DNA from: Octopus sinensis | Taxonomy: Eukaryota | Assembly (NCBI RefSeq): GCF_006345805.1 | Contig: NC_043012.1 | Span: 50,778,001-50,842,000 of the forward strand | DNA length: 64,000 nt | Direction of reading: 5' to 3' | In this document: one piece after another, positions 40,201 through 55,046 of the stretch | Numbering within the stretch: position 1 is the first letter of the stretch | How the letters are laid out: the number at the start of each line of letters is the position of its first letter | Program-made: the position numbers and the translations under genes | Notes under the pieces: generated by a model | Told to the model about the DNA's origin: nothing | The model's input: the letters and a program-made list of their open reading frames with translations, nothing else | Databases searched by the model: none

Positions 40201-42289
40201 TTCCAAGCACGAAAATCTCCTTAGAATATGAGTAATTCCCCAAGATATCTAATTAAATTAAAGCTCATAGAACCAGAATGGCTATAAGTGTCACTTTTCT
40301 GTTTGCCACTTACTAGATTAACACATGATCAAATCATGGGGAGCTGAGAGCTAATTTCTTGGAAAATTCCCTTTAGGTAATCAGCTGATCCTGTTAAATT
40401 GCAGTACAGCTTCTAGTGGAGACGAGGTTTACTATTGATACACATTATACTCAATAATTTATTGTTGAACTTCAATCTAAACGGAAATGTTAAAAATATA
40501 TATAAATTGCATAGTTTCAATAACAGATATGATAATATCATGTCAAAAGAAAGTAGTTTATGTGATATGATAATGTGTGTAATATATAATATTTCCTTTA
40601 AGCTTATGTAAAGTAAATATGCGTAGACGCAGACAAATGACTGAGAAGTTCGTTTCGCAATAATGATGCTTTGCATTTAATTTTACTTCATTGTACCTTT
40701 GACACGTCTCTACTATAATAATTTCAGGTCGACTTAAATAGTGTGAAAGAAACTAGATACACTCAGATCCTGTGCAAACATATAAGCGTCACTCTATGTA
40801 TAATCAAATGGATCTACTATGTCACACAGTATATGTGGAATAATATTCAACTGCTCGTAGGCTAATTCAGGATTTGTTAATTTATATCTATTTATACTTC
40901 TATATAAATTGGAAGATAAGATACAATGATAAACTATCTTGAAACATTTCACATAAATATGATTAAATTCTTTTCATGTTGAAAAGTATAAATGGCTAAC
41001 GTATGAAGAAATAATATATTATTAGTATAATAATACGATTATGTGAGAGGATCTCAACTGGGCTCCATATGAGATTTTGCGGTATGTGCAATAAATTGGT
41101 CATACTTCTACAACACAAAAATACTTTAACAATTTTGAAATACAATTCTTAATAATTACAAAACACATAATAAGATTTTTAAATGTTGTATCGCTACGGG
41201 GTTCCAACCGAGAATAAGAGGAATCAAAATGTTTATAAGTTAAAACAAAAAAAGCTGGTTGAGAACTAATGGATAAGATGAAGGTTAAATGGTTAAGAGG
41301 CTGTTATTACTTATGCACAGAGTTGGTGCACCCTCCTTCTCTACTCTTTCTCTCTCTCTCCCTCTTTATATATATGTGTGTGGGTGTACAAACATTAGCG
41401 ACAGAAAATCAGTATTAATACCATAATGTTATATTTATCCCCGCTTAAAATTGGATGCTGTGTTAGAATCCACAATACTGCGATGTTTAACGTGAGAGTA
41501 ACTCTTATGTTGGTTGTCTGTGCATATTAGAACTGTTTACGTCGCTAGCATGGAGATAAATCATCTACAATGGCAACCGACGAGTCTACCAAAACACTTG
41601 ATTTAGGCCTTCCTTAACGTTGTCAATAGCAGGCGCTCAGACGAAGAAAATAACAGCGATATATCTGCAAGTGATATATTTGGAGCTACAGTACCTAGAG
41701 AAGTACTAGTGTCGCGAATAGCCAGTGGTTTTATGTCAAAATAATTACGTCAAGGTAATTGCTAGCGACAGAAGCACCATTAATATCAAAGGGTGATATA
41801 TATCATCACTTAATGTTGGGAGACAGAATACTGTGATAGTTACCATGAAAGAAACTCTCATGTTGGCTTTACGTGTAACTACGCATTCTTGTTTACATAT
41901 CTATACACAGTGAGATTCTCTGTCATAGATCCCGAAAGATATTTTTTGGGACTCTGAAGACATTTGTTCAGAGCTAGAGATTTAAGGGTTATGACTCATA
42001 TTCTTTCGTATTACAGAGACCACGTTACTTTCATTAAGCCAGACACGGGAGTTTGAAGTGTTCTACACAGTACTGAAAAATACAGGGCAGCAGTAGGAGC
42101 AGACATTAACGAAGAGAAATCGGTACACGGAAATGCAAATTCTTCGCCACTCAGTGGCTTGTGCCGATTAACATGTTTAGATGTTTGGTGTGTAAATCAG
42201 ACTTCCGGGTAGATCGATAGTGGAACGAGCGGGTAAGTAGAGCGATGATTTTTCAGTACTTAGTTTGTGTTTTAATTTGTGAATACTGG

Positions 42290-42395
42290 ATATTTGACAG
42301 ATGAAGTTGGCTTCGGTGGAATTTGAACTCAGAATGTAAAGGACCGGGACAGATACTACAAGTATATCATGTCTGGTATGTTAAAGATTTTGCCA
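42290..42395 (-). mobile_element. Degenerate SINE family A
   Basis: cggtggaatttgaactcagaatgtaaag...ttaaagattttgccagc. Confidence 0.55.
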
Positions 42396-44169
42396 GCAAG
42401 CAGCAGACTCATGAAAATTACATTAAGAGGAATGAAATAAATGTATGCGAGGAAGTTCAAAACAGGATAGACCAGAGAAATACGACTACAAGATAGAGTG
42501 AATCGCCAAAAAAAAACAAAAAACATTTCAGAATTGTCTTGTAAAGCAAAGCTATCTATAATAATGGCAAGACAGTGATTTTTAAAAGCGGCAAGAATTC
42601 AATAAATGTTTAACTAATAAAAACGTATCGTGCAATTTGTTCGCAGAATTTGCAATTTGGTTTAAGACAGTTTTCATTCGTTGCTTTCGTATTTTAGCAT
42701 CTTGATTATAATGTAATAACAAAGTGCATTCATTTACGCACTGGTCATGTAAGTCGGCTCATATATAGTATAAGCTAGTAGTAATAAAAAATAAGATAAG
42801 TATAAATGGATAAGTCGTCGTAACTGCATGGGAAAGAAATGATTTGAAGAGGATATAAAACAAGGGTATAAAACACCTATTGTAACATCAGTCTTTAACT
42901 ATCTGACCTTTTATGATAGCCTGTCAAGCCAAAGTTTTATGTCTTACCGTGTACTGTTATTCTAAATTACCAGTGAGTTGGAATATTACTGCGTTTTAGT
43001 AGCTTACATCAGGTAAATCTTGAATGACGTATAGAATTAAGAGAACTATTTATTTCTCCTGTCGTTATTATTTCCGATATAAAGTAAATAGGTAATTGGA
43101 AGGTGTTAGACATCATTTGTTCTGTTATCTATCGCCTATGCTATTTCAGTCTCATTCAAAGCAAATCAATCTATTATTAAATGAGGTAACTCAGTGTGTT
43201 TAGTAAATTATTTACTAGTTACAAACCAGATGGTTTTGTAAACGTTGAAAACTGTATAACAACAGACGGAAAACAGAATTACAAAAATGCCAGAATTATG
43301 AAAATAAATATAGAATAAGCATTATCATAGCCATTTTAGTGTAGATCAATTCACTCTGTTAAACATGCCGCTTTCTTGTAGGTGGCTGCCAATGAACTGT
43401 GAAACAGTGGATTAGAAGACGTTCTTGAGATACCAAAACTACTTTGCGTCATGATTTTCAATGTAACAGTAGTTAAGTTTGCTCTCCTTGTCCCTCTGCC
43501 CCGTATGATTAGCCACCAGTGATGTAATAGATTCGATTTAAATGCGTATATTGAGATTCAAGTATTTATGACTGTTTTCTGTGTTAGAAATCGTTATAAT
43601 CTGTGTGTTGGTAAAATAGATAAATCGGCCTAGTGTTGGAATTGTTTACTTTTCAATATCTAAATATACTTTTTTTTAATCTAAAATTCTAGAGATTTTA
43701 AAATCGAAATCGGACAATATCTTGCCTTAGCAATATACTTCTAGATTCTGTTGACAAATCTTAGCCTCTTGAGCCATGTAAACTAATAAGATTTCGGCCA
43801 ATTGGCGAGAACAAGAACCTTGAAGTATATTGTGCTATAGATATCCCATGTTTTGACTTCACCAATATACTATTAATTTATTATAATACTGCAAAGCGCT
43901 TAAGATAAAATGACTATGCAAACGAGCGAAAAGTGAGAAGAAATTTTTGCAAGAAGCAAGAAAGAAGAATTCTGTGAAAGTAAATAATATAATCGAGAAC
44001 AAAACATAAATACAGAAGGAGAAATTAGAAGAAAACTGAAGTGTGAAGACAGATGCAACACGGAAAGGGATTGAGAAGATTATGCTAAAGAGAGCTATGC
44101 TTGGGAATATGGAAAATATACCATACATATTTGTCTCTCTCAGCAAGAAAGAAAGAGAGAATATGTGTG

Positions 44170-44295
44170 CGTCTGTGTGTGCATGTGCGTGTGGGTGTGT
44201 GAGTGAGTGTGTGTGTGTGTGTGAGTGAGTGTGTGTGTGTGTGAGTGAGTGTGTGTGAGTGAGTGTGTGTGTGTGTGAGTGAGTGTGTGTGTGTA
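44170..44295. repeat. (TG)n/(GAGT) microsatellite
   Basis: Direct reading. Confidence 0.95.
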
Positions 44296-44824
44296 AAAGA
44301 GAGAGAGCGATAGAGGTGCAAGTGTAAGTGGTTAAAAGAAAAAAAAAATGAAAACTTGTAAGTAGAATGAATTTTTGTAAATTCGAAAATGAATGTGAAA
44401 CATGGAAAGCCGGTCACGAAGTGAATAATGATGATATAGAAACTTAAAACGAAGAAAAAAACAATCATTCTTTACTACCACGAAAGTTTGTATTGGGAAT
44501 TGAAAGGAAAGATGAATATGAACAAACTTAAAGTAAGAATATTGAAGAGGAAATGGAGTAAATGAGAGCAGCAACCCAGTATTTCTTCAATAAATATAAT
44601 ATAGTGATACGCTTTAATCAACACAAGTTACCACAACTGAGACGGCATCAATATTTTTGTACAAGAATACAAGTCGTATACGACATTATAATCAAATGTT
44701 AACTGTAATGATTGCTTTATTTTGGATTACAAAAAGGGAGTGTTTTTAAATATTCAATCAGTTAACATTTTCTGTCATTTAAAATACTTTACATATTTCT
44801 TCATAGACACATGACCTGAATTCC

Positions 44825-44985
44825 TAGAGTGTAGTCGATTACATCTAGACCAACACTTAACCAGTGTATATATTCTATCTATCCCGAAATAATGAAGGGT
44901 AAAATAGACTTCAGCAGAATTTGAACTCGGAACGTTAAGCCATAAAACTGCTACAACGCATTTTCTCCGGTGTGCAAACGATTAT
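44825..44985 (-). mobile_element. Degenerate SINE family A
   Basis: gtcgattacatc...cagaatttgaactcggaacgt...cggtgtgcaaacgatt. Confidence 0.6.
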
Positions 44986-45712
44986 ATTTGATCGCAACCT
45001 GATTTACACAAGCAAGAAACATAAAACTTAAGCTCGCTTGCATACCACCAATATGCACACACATGCACACGAACATGCAATTCCGAATACATACACACAT
45101 ACGCACACAAACAGGCATACATGCGCCAAAGCACACTACCTTTGAGAGGTAGCTGCAATACATATAGAGTTTGATAAATTAATGAAACAATTAATTGATT
45201 AATTGTTATTATTTTTATTTTTATTTTAGTTGGTTAAGAGGAAAAGTTTTACTTACGAACCCTACAGAGATTTCGAATAACAGTAACGGAATAGGTAAGA
45301 AAGCAACCAGAATTCGGAGATCTGAAACTGGAAACCGAGCAAGAAATTTTTTCTAAGAGTTTTTTATCTTTTTTAAATACGCCCAATGAGTAACTATTGG
45401 TCTGAAAACGGTCGCATGAGTTTTGTTAGGAAAGTGAGAAAGGAGAAACTACTGCTAAATTTACTGCCACCTACACCATGGAAAATGCTTTCCCACCACT
45501 TCTGGCTTCTACTAACAGAAAAAGTTAAACAAAATTATGGTGAGTTAAGATTCTCTTAAATATATCCAAGAACTTGATGAGAGGTCACTTATATCAAATA
45601 GGTAAGATTAAAGTGCAAAATCACCAAATTCATATTTGAGGATACGAATGTTAGAAGGTCTTAATAAATGCTCCAAAAAACCAAATTGGTATTTTGAAAA
45701 AATAAACACAAT

Positions 45713-46150
45713 AGGTGCAGGAGTGGATGTGTGGTAAGTATCTTGCTTACGAACCACATAGACCTGGGTTCAGTCCACTACGTGACACCTTGGGCATGTG
45801 CCTTCTACTATAGCCTTGGGCCGACCAAAGCCTTGTGAGGGGATTTGGTAGAGGAAACTGAAAGAATCCCTTTGTATATATATATATATGTGCGTGTGTG
45901 TGTGTGTGTGTGTATATGTGTGTGTACATATATATATATATATATATATGGGGGGGGGCTGTGTTTGTCCCCACACAATCGCTTGACAACCCATGTTGAT
46001 TTGTTCACACCCCGTAACTTATTGGTTCGGCAAAAGATACTGACAGAATATGTACTAGGCTTACAAAGAATAAGTCATGGGGTCGATTCGTTCGATTAAA
46101 GGCGATGCTCCAGAATGGCTGCAGTCAAATGACTGAATCAAATGAAATCA
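45713..46150 (+). mobile_element. SINE family B, full length with internal TA/TG microsatellite
   Basis: Head gtgtggtaagtatcttgcttacgaaccac, CORE-like accttgggcatgtg, tail gcttacaaagaataagtc...cagtcaaatgactgaa. Confidence 0.9.
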
Positions 46151-47364
46151 TAACTAGTACTAAGATGCATCTAATTCTGACCTGAGCATCAATAGGCACG
46201 GAAAATGTAATGTTTAATATATTGGCGGACACAACACATTAAGTCTAATTGCTCAACTCACACTTTAGGTTGTTAACGATATTTCAGTTAAAGCTACAAC
46301 TTTAAATCTACCAAGTGTTACCTCTGTTCTGGATTTCTCATTGTTAACGGTTTAAGAGCTAGAAACGCCGCGTCTGAGAATTCAGCATGCAATACTTGGT
46401 AGATATGCTGCTTTTACACATTTTACTGTCGGAGAGAACTGTTTCTCCTCTGTAAATCCAGTGAATTTGTCTTCAGATGCTGAAATATATTACAAGTTTT
46501 TATGTGCTACTATTAGGTCCATGTGATGGGAGAATGCCAACGAGTATTTTTTAACACGTTTGGTGTCACAGCACAATCTTCAGGCACTGCCTACGTTGTA
46601 TAACAAACTAAAAATGTGGCGACATTATGAAAAAACATTGAAGAAAAGCGAGAAAGAAGTAAATATAAAACTTGGAAGGTCGAGAAATGGGAGAGCGAAA
46701 AAGAAAGCAAAAAGAAACATATTAGAGTTATTTCCCCCTTTACAGTAAAACATAAGGCTGAAAAGATAGTAGCTTGGAGTCTATGGTACAGCTGTTCAAT
46801 CCATAGAAGGGTGGAACTTTCCAATTCCTCAACAGGAACTTAGACATATGTTTACGGCAGAGTTTTTAGATCTAAAAAGAATCTGAGTACTTTCAGCTAC
46901 GCATAGCGTACACTTTTTTAATCCGGTAACAAATACTTTCTCAGATGTGAGTAAAGGAGATGTGTTAAACTAGACGGGATTATGGAAATATCTAGATTGA
47001 TTATAGATGATAGAAATTAGATACGTAATTAAAATATACGGCTAGAATCACACTTAAAGAAAGGGACCTATCGATGGGTTGTGCTTAGGTCACATTCATG
47101 TAAAAAAAGTGACATTCGATAAAGCATTGGAGATAAAATGTGGATGGATTGTAGAGAGTGAAAACGGATGGTCGTTGAAAATATGGAAGCCGCGGGATAA
47201 CGAAAAAAAGTGCGGCCCTATTTCGCAGATGCGGCTCAGGATTGCAAGTGTGGTAAGCAAACTGTTATCTCCTCCTTGTTGGAGAATGCTACCGGAAATC
47301 CTAGGTGTATGAAGGCATTACAAACTAAACAGTTGTAGTTTGTCGTTTTATACAATTACATGCG

Positions 47365-47407
<43 letters not shown>

Positions 47408-47464
47408 TTATCTCTCTCTCATTCTCTCTCTCTCTTACTCTCTCTCTCATTCTCTCTCTCTCTT

Positions 47465-47527
<63 letters not shown>

Positions 47528-48289
47528 TCACACAGTGACATACACATATCTAAATATTCATCTGCTTCTAGTTACATCGTTCCCAAAAGAATTATACATG
47601 TGTGTGCACGCGGTGCATTTTTCTTGTGTTTGTGTGTTGTGTGTGGGCGCACGCGCTCACGCGTTCTTCTATGTATGTTGTGTGTGCTTTCTGTACGTAT
47701 CTATACGTATGCATATAAATATATTTAATGTTTAGAAATACTTCCTTATATAAACAAATCGCCAAATGATCTAATAATCCTACACCGAAACAAAAAGAAA
47801 AATAACAAATATAGAAAGAGAGGCATTGGCAGGTTGAAAAGCTTGGCGTAAACGCAAGGGAAAAAAAGTCAATAAGCTGATTTTTTTTCTCCCCGTTATC
47901 AAAATAGCGAGCTTGTTTTGAAATCGTTTCAAGACTTGCCGAGGTCACACACATTTATAATAGCTATCAATTATGCTTTGAGAGACAAATATTGGCAGGT
48001 TTAGTCGTCAATTGGAAATGGGTTTCCCTTTATTCAGGACGCCTTGAAAGATCGCTCATCATTAGGGGTCAGTAAGTTTGGCAAAGACTAGTCAATATTT
48101 TGTGAAGACGATGGCAATTTTTTTCTTATTCTCTTTTTAGTCCACACATTATTTTCTTTCTTTTTTCCTTTCCTTTTTCGGCTACATTATTATAGTTATT
48201 GTTTTGTTGTTTGTAGTTGATAGCAATTAATATTTTTATTATTAATATCGCTGTTGTTTTCGGATATGGACTATCATTATACACTTCAT

Positions 48290-48295
48290 TTATTA

Positions 48296-48363
<68 letters not shown>

Positions 48364-48379
48364 GTTATTATTATCATCA

Positions 48380-48429
<50 letters not shown>

Positions 48430-48503
48430 GTTATTATTATCATCATTATTATTATTATCATCATCATCATCATCATCATTATTATTATTATTATTATTAT
48501 TAT
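48290..48503. repeat. (ATT)n/(CAT)n array
   Basis: Direct reading; source of the poly-I/L/N ORFs. Confidence 0.97.
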
Positions 48504-50299
48504 CGCTGTTTTCCATAACATTACAATTTTCTCCCTCTCAACTGTTTGTGGGAGTGTTTGTTGTACGTTACGTAAATGATGCAACCAACAATACAAACAG
48601 CTCGCCTCTCTATAATTATGTTTAATTGATACTTGCAGACGAATGATTAACACGCATTTGAACACACAACACAAAACAGCAAATTTTATAATTGCGATGC
48701 TTCTATTTTAAAAATTTATTTGAAATTATCCCGCTGTATGATTCCAATATGTTTATTTTAAGTATTTGTTTATTTTGGGGTTTTTTGGGGTATTTTTTTT
48801 TTCAGAAAAAAATGTTATGTTGTCAAATGTGTGATCCACAAGATAAATATCTCTGATGTACAAACATGATCAAATATTGTACATAGTGAAATTTACATAT
48901 ATACACGTATGCACATCAATACAAACACTCTACCCACCACACAAACACACACACGTGCAGACACATGCACAGACATATACATACAGACAGACACTCGCAC
49001 ATACACGCACATACACATACACACACATTTATACGTTTATGTGTGGATACACGTGTATACTTATCAATATATGTGTTCGTACGTATATTCATATATATGT
49101 GTGTGTGTATGTGTGTGTGTGTGTTGTGTGTGTGGTGTGTGTGTGTGTGTGTGTATGCATAAAGAATGAGGGAAAGGCGGGAGAGAGGGAAGGAAAGGGC
49201 AAGAAAGAAAGAAATGCTGATAGTAGGAGAGACAAATATAGAGGGAAATAAAACATAAATTTATCGATAAGAATACGTGAGTGAGGCTGTGTTTGTGTGT
49301 GTGTATGTGTGTGTGTAGTGTGTGATCTATTGCTTCTGGTCTCATACTATCATACTTCATAGAGGACTGTAAAGACTTTAGTAAACTCGTTTATTTGGTA
49401 GAAAGTATTGTTTAAACAGTAAACCGAAACACATTATATGGCAAGGAGTAACGCAAATAACTCATTCTTATTTGTAATTTACTATAAAGCCTAAGCGAAG
49501 GTTTGGCGTTTAGCCTGTGCCCAAAATAAATATATGCTAAAACGTGATATTATTCTATCTACGTGAAAACTCAATGAAGCCTCGCGCATATTTTGGCTCC
49601 AAACCATTCCTGCATGTTAATAAACTCTCTGATATCACTGGTTATATACTTTTGACTAAGAACATTTGTAAATCTCCTCATTTTCTATAAATAGTGAAAT
49701 AGTTCTTTGTACAACATTTCACATCGTTGTATCGATGCGTTATGAATACCAGCTGACAATAGTCTTTCTTACACTTTTATATCAAGAGCATAAAATTTAT
49801 ATATATATCTCCCGAAAATATATTACGTTTTACAGTATTACTTGTAAGTATATTATTCAATAATATTCAGGCTAAAAACATACTGCACACACACAAAACC
49901 AAAACACACCAGCACGCGCACAACCACCCACCCACATCCATATATATATTTATATATACATATAGGGAGACAGAAATAAGGAAAGAAATATAGTGAGACA
50001 GAGCGATGGGGACAGAGGCAGGCAGACGAAAACAGAAGATACAGAGACAGCAAGAACTGACTTTGCATGTTGCTACAAAATGATAAAAGTAATGAAATAT
50101 CGCAATTGACTTATGTTTTTATAGCAAAAGAAAACAATTAAAAACTTTATGGGCGCTAGGAAGAATTTGAAAGTTATTTAATCAAATGGGATATAGAGGA
50201 AAATGCTATCAGCTATTTTCGTGAAATAAGGACTAACGCTAATCAGAATATGTATCATATGTGTCGTATTCGTTGACATAAGCCAAAGGAATAAATGCA

Positions 50300-51447
50300 G
50301 AAAGTTTCAGCAAAAACATGGTTGCAAATACCCTGTGGACAAGCCGATATGATCTGGATCTCGGTAACGGTGTTAAAACGGTAACATTTGACTAGCACTT
50401 TCATCTCCGGGAAGACATGGAAGTCTGCAGGTGTTAAATCTGGCCAATAGGGTGCGTTCAGAATTGATACGATGCCGTTTTTGGTGATCTCGGTGTCAAG
50501 GGGCATTGCCATCGTAAAGAATCCAAATCTCGCGCACCACAGATGCGGTTGCTTTCGCCAAATGTCCTCTCTCCAATGATGCAGTATAACCCTTGAATAA
50601 CAATCTGACCATGATGGGGTGGGGGGAACTTCTAGATGCACAATATGTCATAAAAATAAATACGATGAGCATGCCCTTGATTGAGCTGCGGCTTCGTTTT
50701 GCCTTCTACGGTCGTGGTGGTGAAGGGCTCTTCCATCGTGACGACTGATGCTTCGTCTCGGTCATACTTGTAGACCCAACTCTGGTCACCGGTCATGGAC
50801 TTCGACATGAATAATGGGCCATCAGCGGCACGCTGACGGAGATCTTGGCAGATTTCGACGCTATGTTCTTCTCAGTGGTCAGCAGGTGGGGGACGAACAT
50901 GAGAGATACACGCCGCATGTTCAATTTACACGTTAGGATTGCCTGCACGGACCCTTAACACGAGCCAAGAAGATAACAATGTCGGTGATTGTACTCCTAC
51001 AATCTTCATCCACAAGCTGATGAATTTTCTCCCCATTTTTGGATTGACGATCGTGGCAGGTTTCCAGATCACTCATCGTCTTCCAGTGACATTCTTCCCT
51101 TTTCGAAGCGCTCGTGCTACATAAATGTTGCGTATGTCGCATTGCATCGTCGCCAGAAGCTTACCGGAGCAGGATCGATGTCTCTGCGGCACTGTAGCAG
51201 ACTTTCCAAGTTTAATACAAGTTTCACGTTGGCTCTTTGTTTCAACTTCCTGACCATGACAAAATCTCACACTACAGCATAGACGTGATCACAAAAACAC
51301 AAATTTTACATTTTGAGAACTAAACGCAGCGCACTGCCTTATGAAGGACACTGGTAGCTCTCATTCTGCACGTAGCCATGTAACCATGTGCTGCTATCTG
51401 TTGGCGCGCTTCAGAACTCATCCGGAATTTTTTTTGATAAGATCTCG
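50300..51447 (-). pseudogene. Decayed mariner element: transposase relic plus 5' terminus
   Basis: Minus frames: CIKLGKSAT, KIHQLVDEDCRSTITDI, LNMRRVSLMFVPHLLT, MTGDQSWVYKYD, NAPYWPDLTPADFHVFPEMK; terminus TA|cgagatcttatcaaaaaaaattccgg at 51447; other TIR not found. Confidence 0.88.
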
Positions 51448-52273
51448 TATTCTTTACAATTTTAGATGAAAATTCAAATCTATTCAATGCGTTTATATCA
51501 CTGTATGTATGTAACTATGTACACACATACATACACATACATATATTTATATAAATATCTATTTATACATGTGTATGTATATGTGTGTATGTATGATGAA
51601 TCTTCTTGTTGTGAAAGACAAATGAGGGCTCTGGAAAATAAAATTATATATCATGTTCTATGGACACGAATGTGTTCTGTTAAAGCCTGGTGCTGCCTTG
51701 CAAACCTTTCGCAAAATAGAAAAAGTTGAGGACTGTTTATTCGCTCGTGTGCTAGTGAATCATTTACTATGTTTTTTCTTAAGTGGACGGCAAGGGCTGC
51801 TTTGCTTCGTGTCACAAATCCACAATGACAGGTAAGGTTTCCATTTAGAGGAGTAGCGTTTTCCCGGTGTGATTTCATGTTTGTACGATGTTGGCCCCGA
51901 TGATGAAGTTGACTTTGCCCAAATCTTTGAATTAAGGTGAAGCAAGACACACTAACCCGTTGTCAAGAGGCGATAGAGAGACAAATGCAACACAAAAACA
52001 GTCACACATTTATATGTATTCTGTGGGTATGTTGTGTTCGTATGCTATGTATAAGTGTTTATATTTATTTATTTCACTGACAGATGGAGATCGTGCTACA
52101 GCGCTGATCATGAAATCTTTTCAATATACAATTGAACCTTTTCTAAGAAATTTTGGCTTTGTTCATTCCTTCGGATCAGCGCGTCTGCATATTTGATAAA
52201 GTAGTTTGACTCTAGCGTACGTTTCCAGCATGAGCCTTTACTTAAAGTAACAGTCCTTAATGCAATGCTGTAG

Positions 52274-52315
<42 letters not shown>

Positions 52316-52386
52316 TGTATTAATTGTTTATGTTAATTGACTTTACACGCTGGCTACTTGATAAAATTTTACATACATTTTATCCT

Positions 52387-52431
<45 letters not shown>

Positions 52432-52435
<4 letters not shown>

Positions 52436-52590
52436 GCTCCTTTCAGTTTCTGTCTACCATACCAACCCACAAGATTTTGGTCGACTCCACTCTATAGTAA
52501 AAGACAGTCACCGAAGGTGCTACGCAGTGTTACTTAAGCCGGAACCATGTGGTTGGGAAGCAAGCTTCTTACCACAAAACCACGCCGGCA
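52432..52590 (-). mobile_element. SINE family B 5' portion
   Basis: ggaaccatgtggttgggaagcaagcttcttaccac; ends at the position of the internal microsatellite. Confidence 0.8.
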
Positions 52591-53574
52591 TTCTTCCCGG
52601 CGGTCAAACTAATGCACCTACTCGTTCTCTCAAATTTCTTCATATATTGTTTTACTGTAAATTTGAACTATATATATGTATAAGTGTTTATGTGTGCCTG
52701 TGGGTGTGTGTGTATGTGTGTATGTGTGCGTGCCTGTATGTCTGCTTGCATTAACGGGACGGAAAATCCACTTGAAATAAATAAAACTTTGCTAAACTAA
52801 ACTTCCTAAATTTTCTACACAGTAGGATAGAACTTTAATCACATTGCTGGAAAGCGGTTATCACAGACACCCAGTTATTTCTGAACTTAATAATAATACG
52901 TCCTTGCTCGTCATTGCAAATCATGATATGCATTACTGCTGGCCATGATCACTTTTATACTTTCATTATTCATGCCCGCAAAATTCTGTTCGTATTTCCA
53001 CTCCAAACGGCCGATATTGAGATCGATTTAAGTGACTAGACTAACTCCAAAGTAAATCCAGTTTTATGCTCATTCTAATACTATAATTAAACCTGCTCAT
53101 TATATTACTACCTACAACATTACGTGTACTATCTGCTAAAATGAAACATGCGTTTATATTCATTATACGTTTTATGAATTATTGTTTTAATTATAACCTT
53201 CTTTTAAATGATCGATGAGTTTGGTTTTCGATCGGTATTTATGCCATTGCAAAACGCACGTATCTTTGTTTACGATCATGTTTTTCAGGCATAATTATTA
53301 TGGAAAATGCTTTCACAATTAAATTGATTCTTCTTGATTACTCGGTAGTAAACCTTTTGGTGAATATTGATCTTGAATCAAGCGTGTACGTTGATCTGAC
53401 TATAGATCCCAAAAGAACTCTAGACAATGTGTCTTTAAAGATTTTCAGACAAATGTATTAGTCTCCAATGAGAAACTGTAGAAATTCAAAATTATTTCTA
53501 CTTACTCTGTTGGAATATTAATCATGAAATAAAAATATAACACACAACAACCGTTATCGTAAATAGCAATATCA

Positions 53575-53730
53575 CTACTAGTACTACAACAACAACAACC
53601 TCTACTACTACTACCACTACCACTGCTGCTGCTGCTGCTACTATTAATAATAATAATAATAACGACAACAACAACATCAACAACAACATTAATAATAATA
53701 ATAATATAATAATAATAACAATAATAATAA

Positions 53731-53801
<71 letters not shown>

Positions 53802-53828
53802 TAATAATAATAAAAATAATTATAATAA
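53575..53828. repeat. Compound trinucleotide array (ACT/CAA/GCT/AAT)
   Basis: Direct reading. Confidence 0.96.
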
Positions 53829-53834
53829 CGACGT

Positions 53835-54235
53835 TTTTCTTATTAGTCATAAGTGCCGAACACTAAACAAAAGGGGACGATACAAAACAATGGACATGTG
53901 AGGTTTAGCACAAGAATACGTTTATACAAATAAAGCAATAGCAATAAAGAACAAAATTTAAACAATAAAATTCCCTAAATGGGAGTAGTCCGACCTCAGG
54001 CCGAAATGCCACACTTTCTGGTCCCTCCAACCTCCAAGGGTACCCGAGGCAGGGACCTCTCGCGTTCTAAACTCCTCCGGTCAATAGGCGTTCGTTCAGA
54101 GTAGATCCATTCACAAGGGCCATCCTTGCCCTCGGCATATTCAGCCACCTTTCAGCAAAAATACTGGTTAGGTGGGGGTGTTAGCACTTCCCGCTCCACC
54201 TTCACTTGCCTTTTCAGGTGGAACCTGTAAAAGTT
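53835..54235 (-). mobile_element. L1/Tx1-like LINE 3' end (ORF2 terminus plus 3' UTR)
   Basis: Minus frames RFHLKRQVKVEREVL...FAERWLNM..ARMALVNGSTL; the KVER motif also appears in the 7490-7860 relic. Confidence 0.55.
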
Positions 54236-54719
54236 GATTAAGGCTTGGCCAAAAAGGTGAGTATCTCTCTACAGTCCTTATATTATTTTGCGTTTGGTTG
54301 AAGTTTTGTGTTGCTGTACATCGTCTAATAAACTTTGAAGAATATTCTGACACGAAAACTACATATGATTGCTTTAAAGCAAAATATTGATCTCTCCGTC
54401 CATGTAGCTAGCAAAACTGCAAATCATTGAAACACTATGTCTCGTCTGAATTCAATTAAATTGATACCCTTTTACAGAAATTATGATGACGCCTTGTATG
54501 CATTGTATATAAAAATATATTACAATATAAGCTTCTATACTGTCTAGAGGGTTCTCTTTGTATTTGTAAACCACTTCAGTCATGATAGTAGCAAAATTTT
54601 CGAGGCCAGTGTGGCAAATATTGTTAATGTTTCTCTTGAACAATAGCTTGTCTATGACTAGAAATAATTATGAAGATATTCGAGTTGTCCAACATTTTGT
54701 TCGGATAGTGATGGTGATG

Positions 54720-55046
54720 GTTGCTGCTGTTGCTGTTGCTGTTGGGCGAACGGTCTTCGTCCCAGGGCTCGCAGAATGGGAGAAGTCCGATACGTGGTTC
54801 TTTGCTATTCGTAAAACCCGCAGAAGAGAAAGCAGGTCAACCCCCGACACCAAGAGCATCGACGGATGGATGAATGCGCACCCAGGTTCAGTGGTTGCGT
54901 AGGAAGTCGGGGACAAGAAATAGGAAGAAAGAGTGAGAGAAAGTTGGGGCGAAAGAGTACAACAGGGGTCGCCACCCCATCCCCCTGCCGGAGCCCAGTG
55001 TAGCTTTAGGTGTTTTCGCTCAATAAACACACACAACACGCGGTCT
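54720..55046 (-). mobile_element. SINE family C core with a third tail type ending in (CAG/CAA)n; head truncated
   Basis: Shares gtttattgagcgaaaacacctaaa and cgacccctgttgtactctttcgcc..ctttctctcactc with 14808-15110. Confidence 0.85.

Noticed and set aside
42017-42232. 216-nt interval between a strong acceptor and a strong donor (+)
   Set aside because: Stops in all three frames; could only be a non-coding exon, with no evidence for that.
47060-47300. Possible RTE 3' relics here and at 63050-63330
   Set aside because: Only vague motif resemblance; not supportable by eye.
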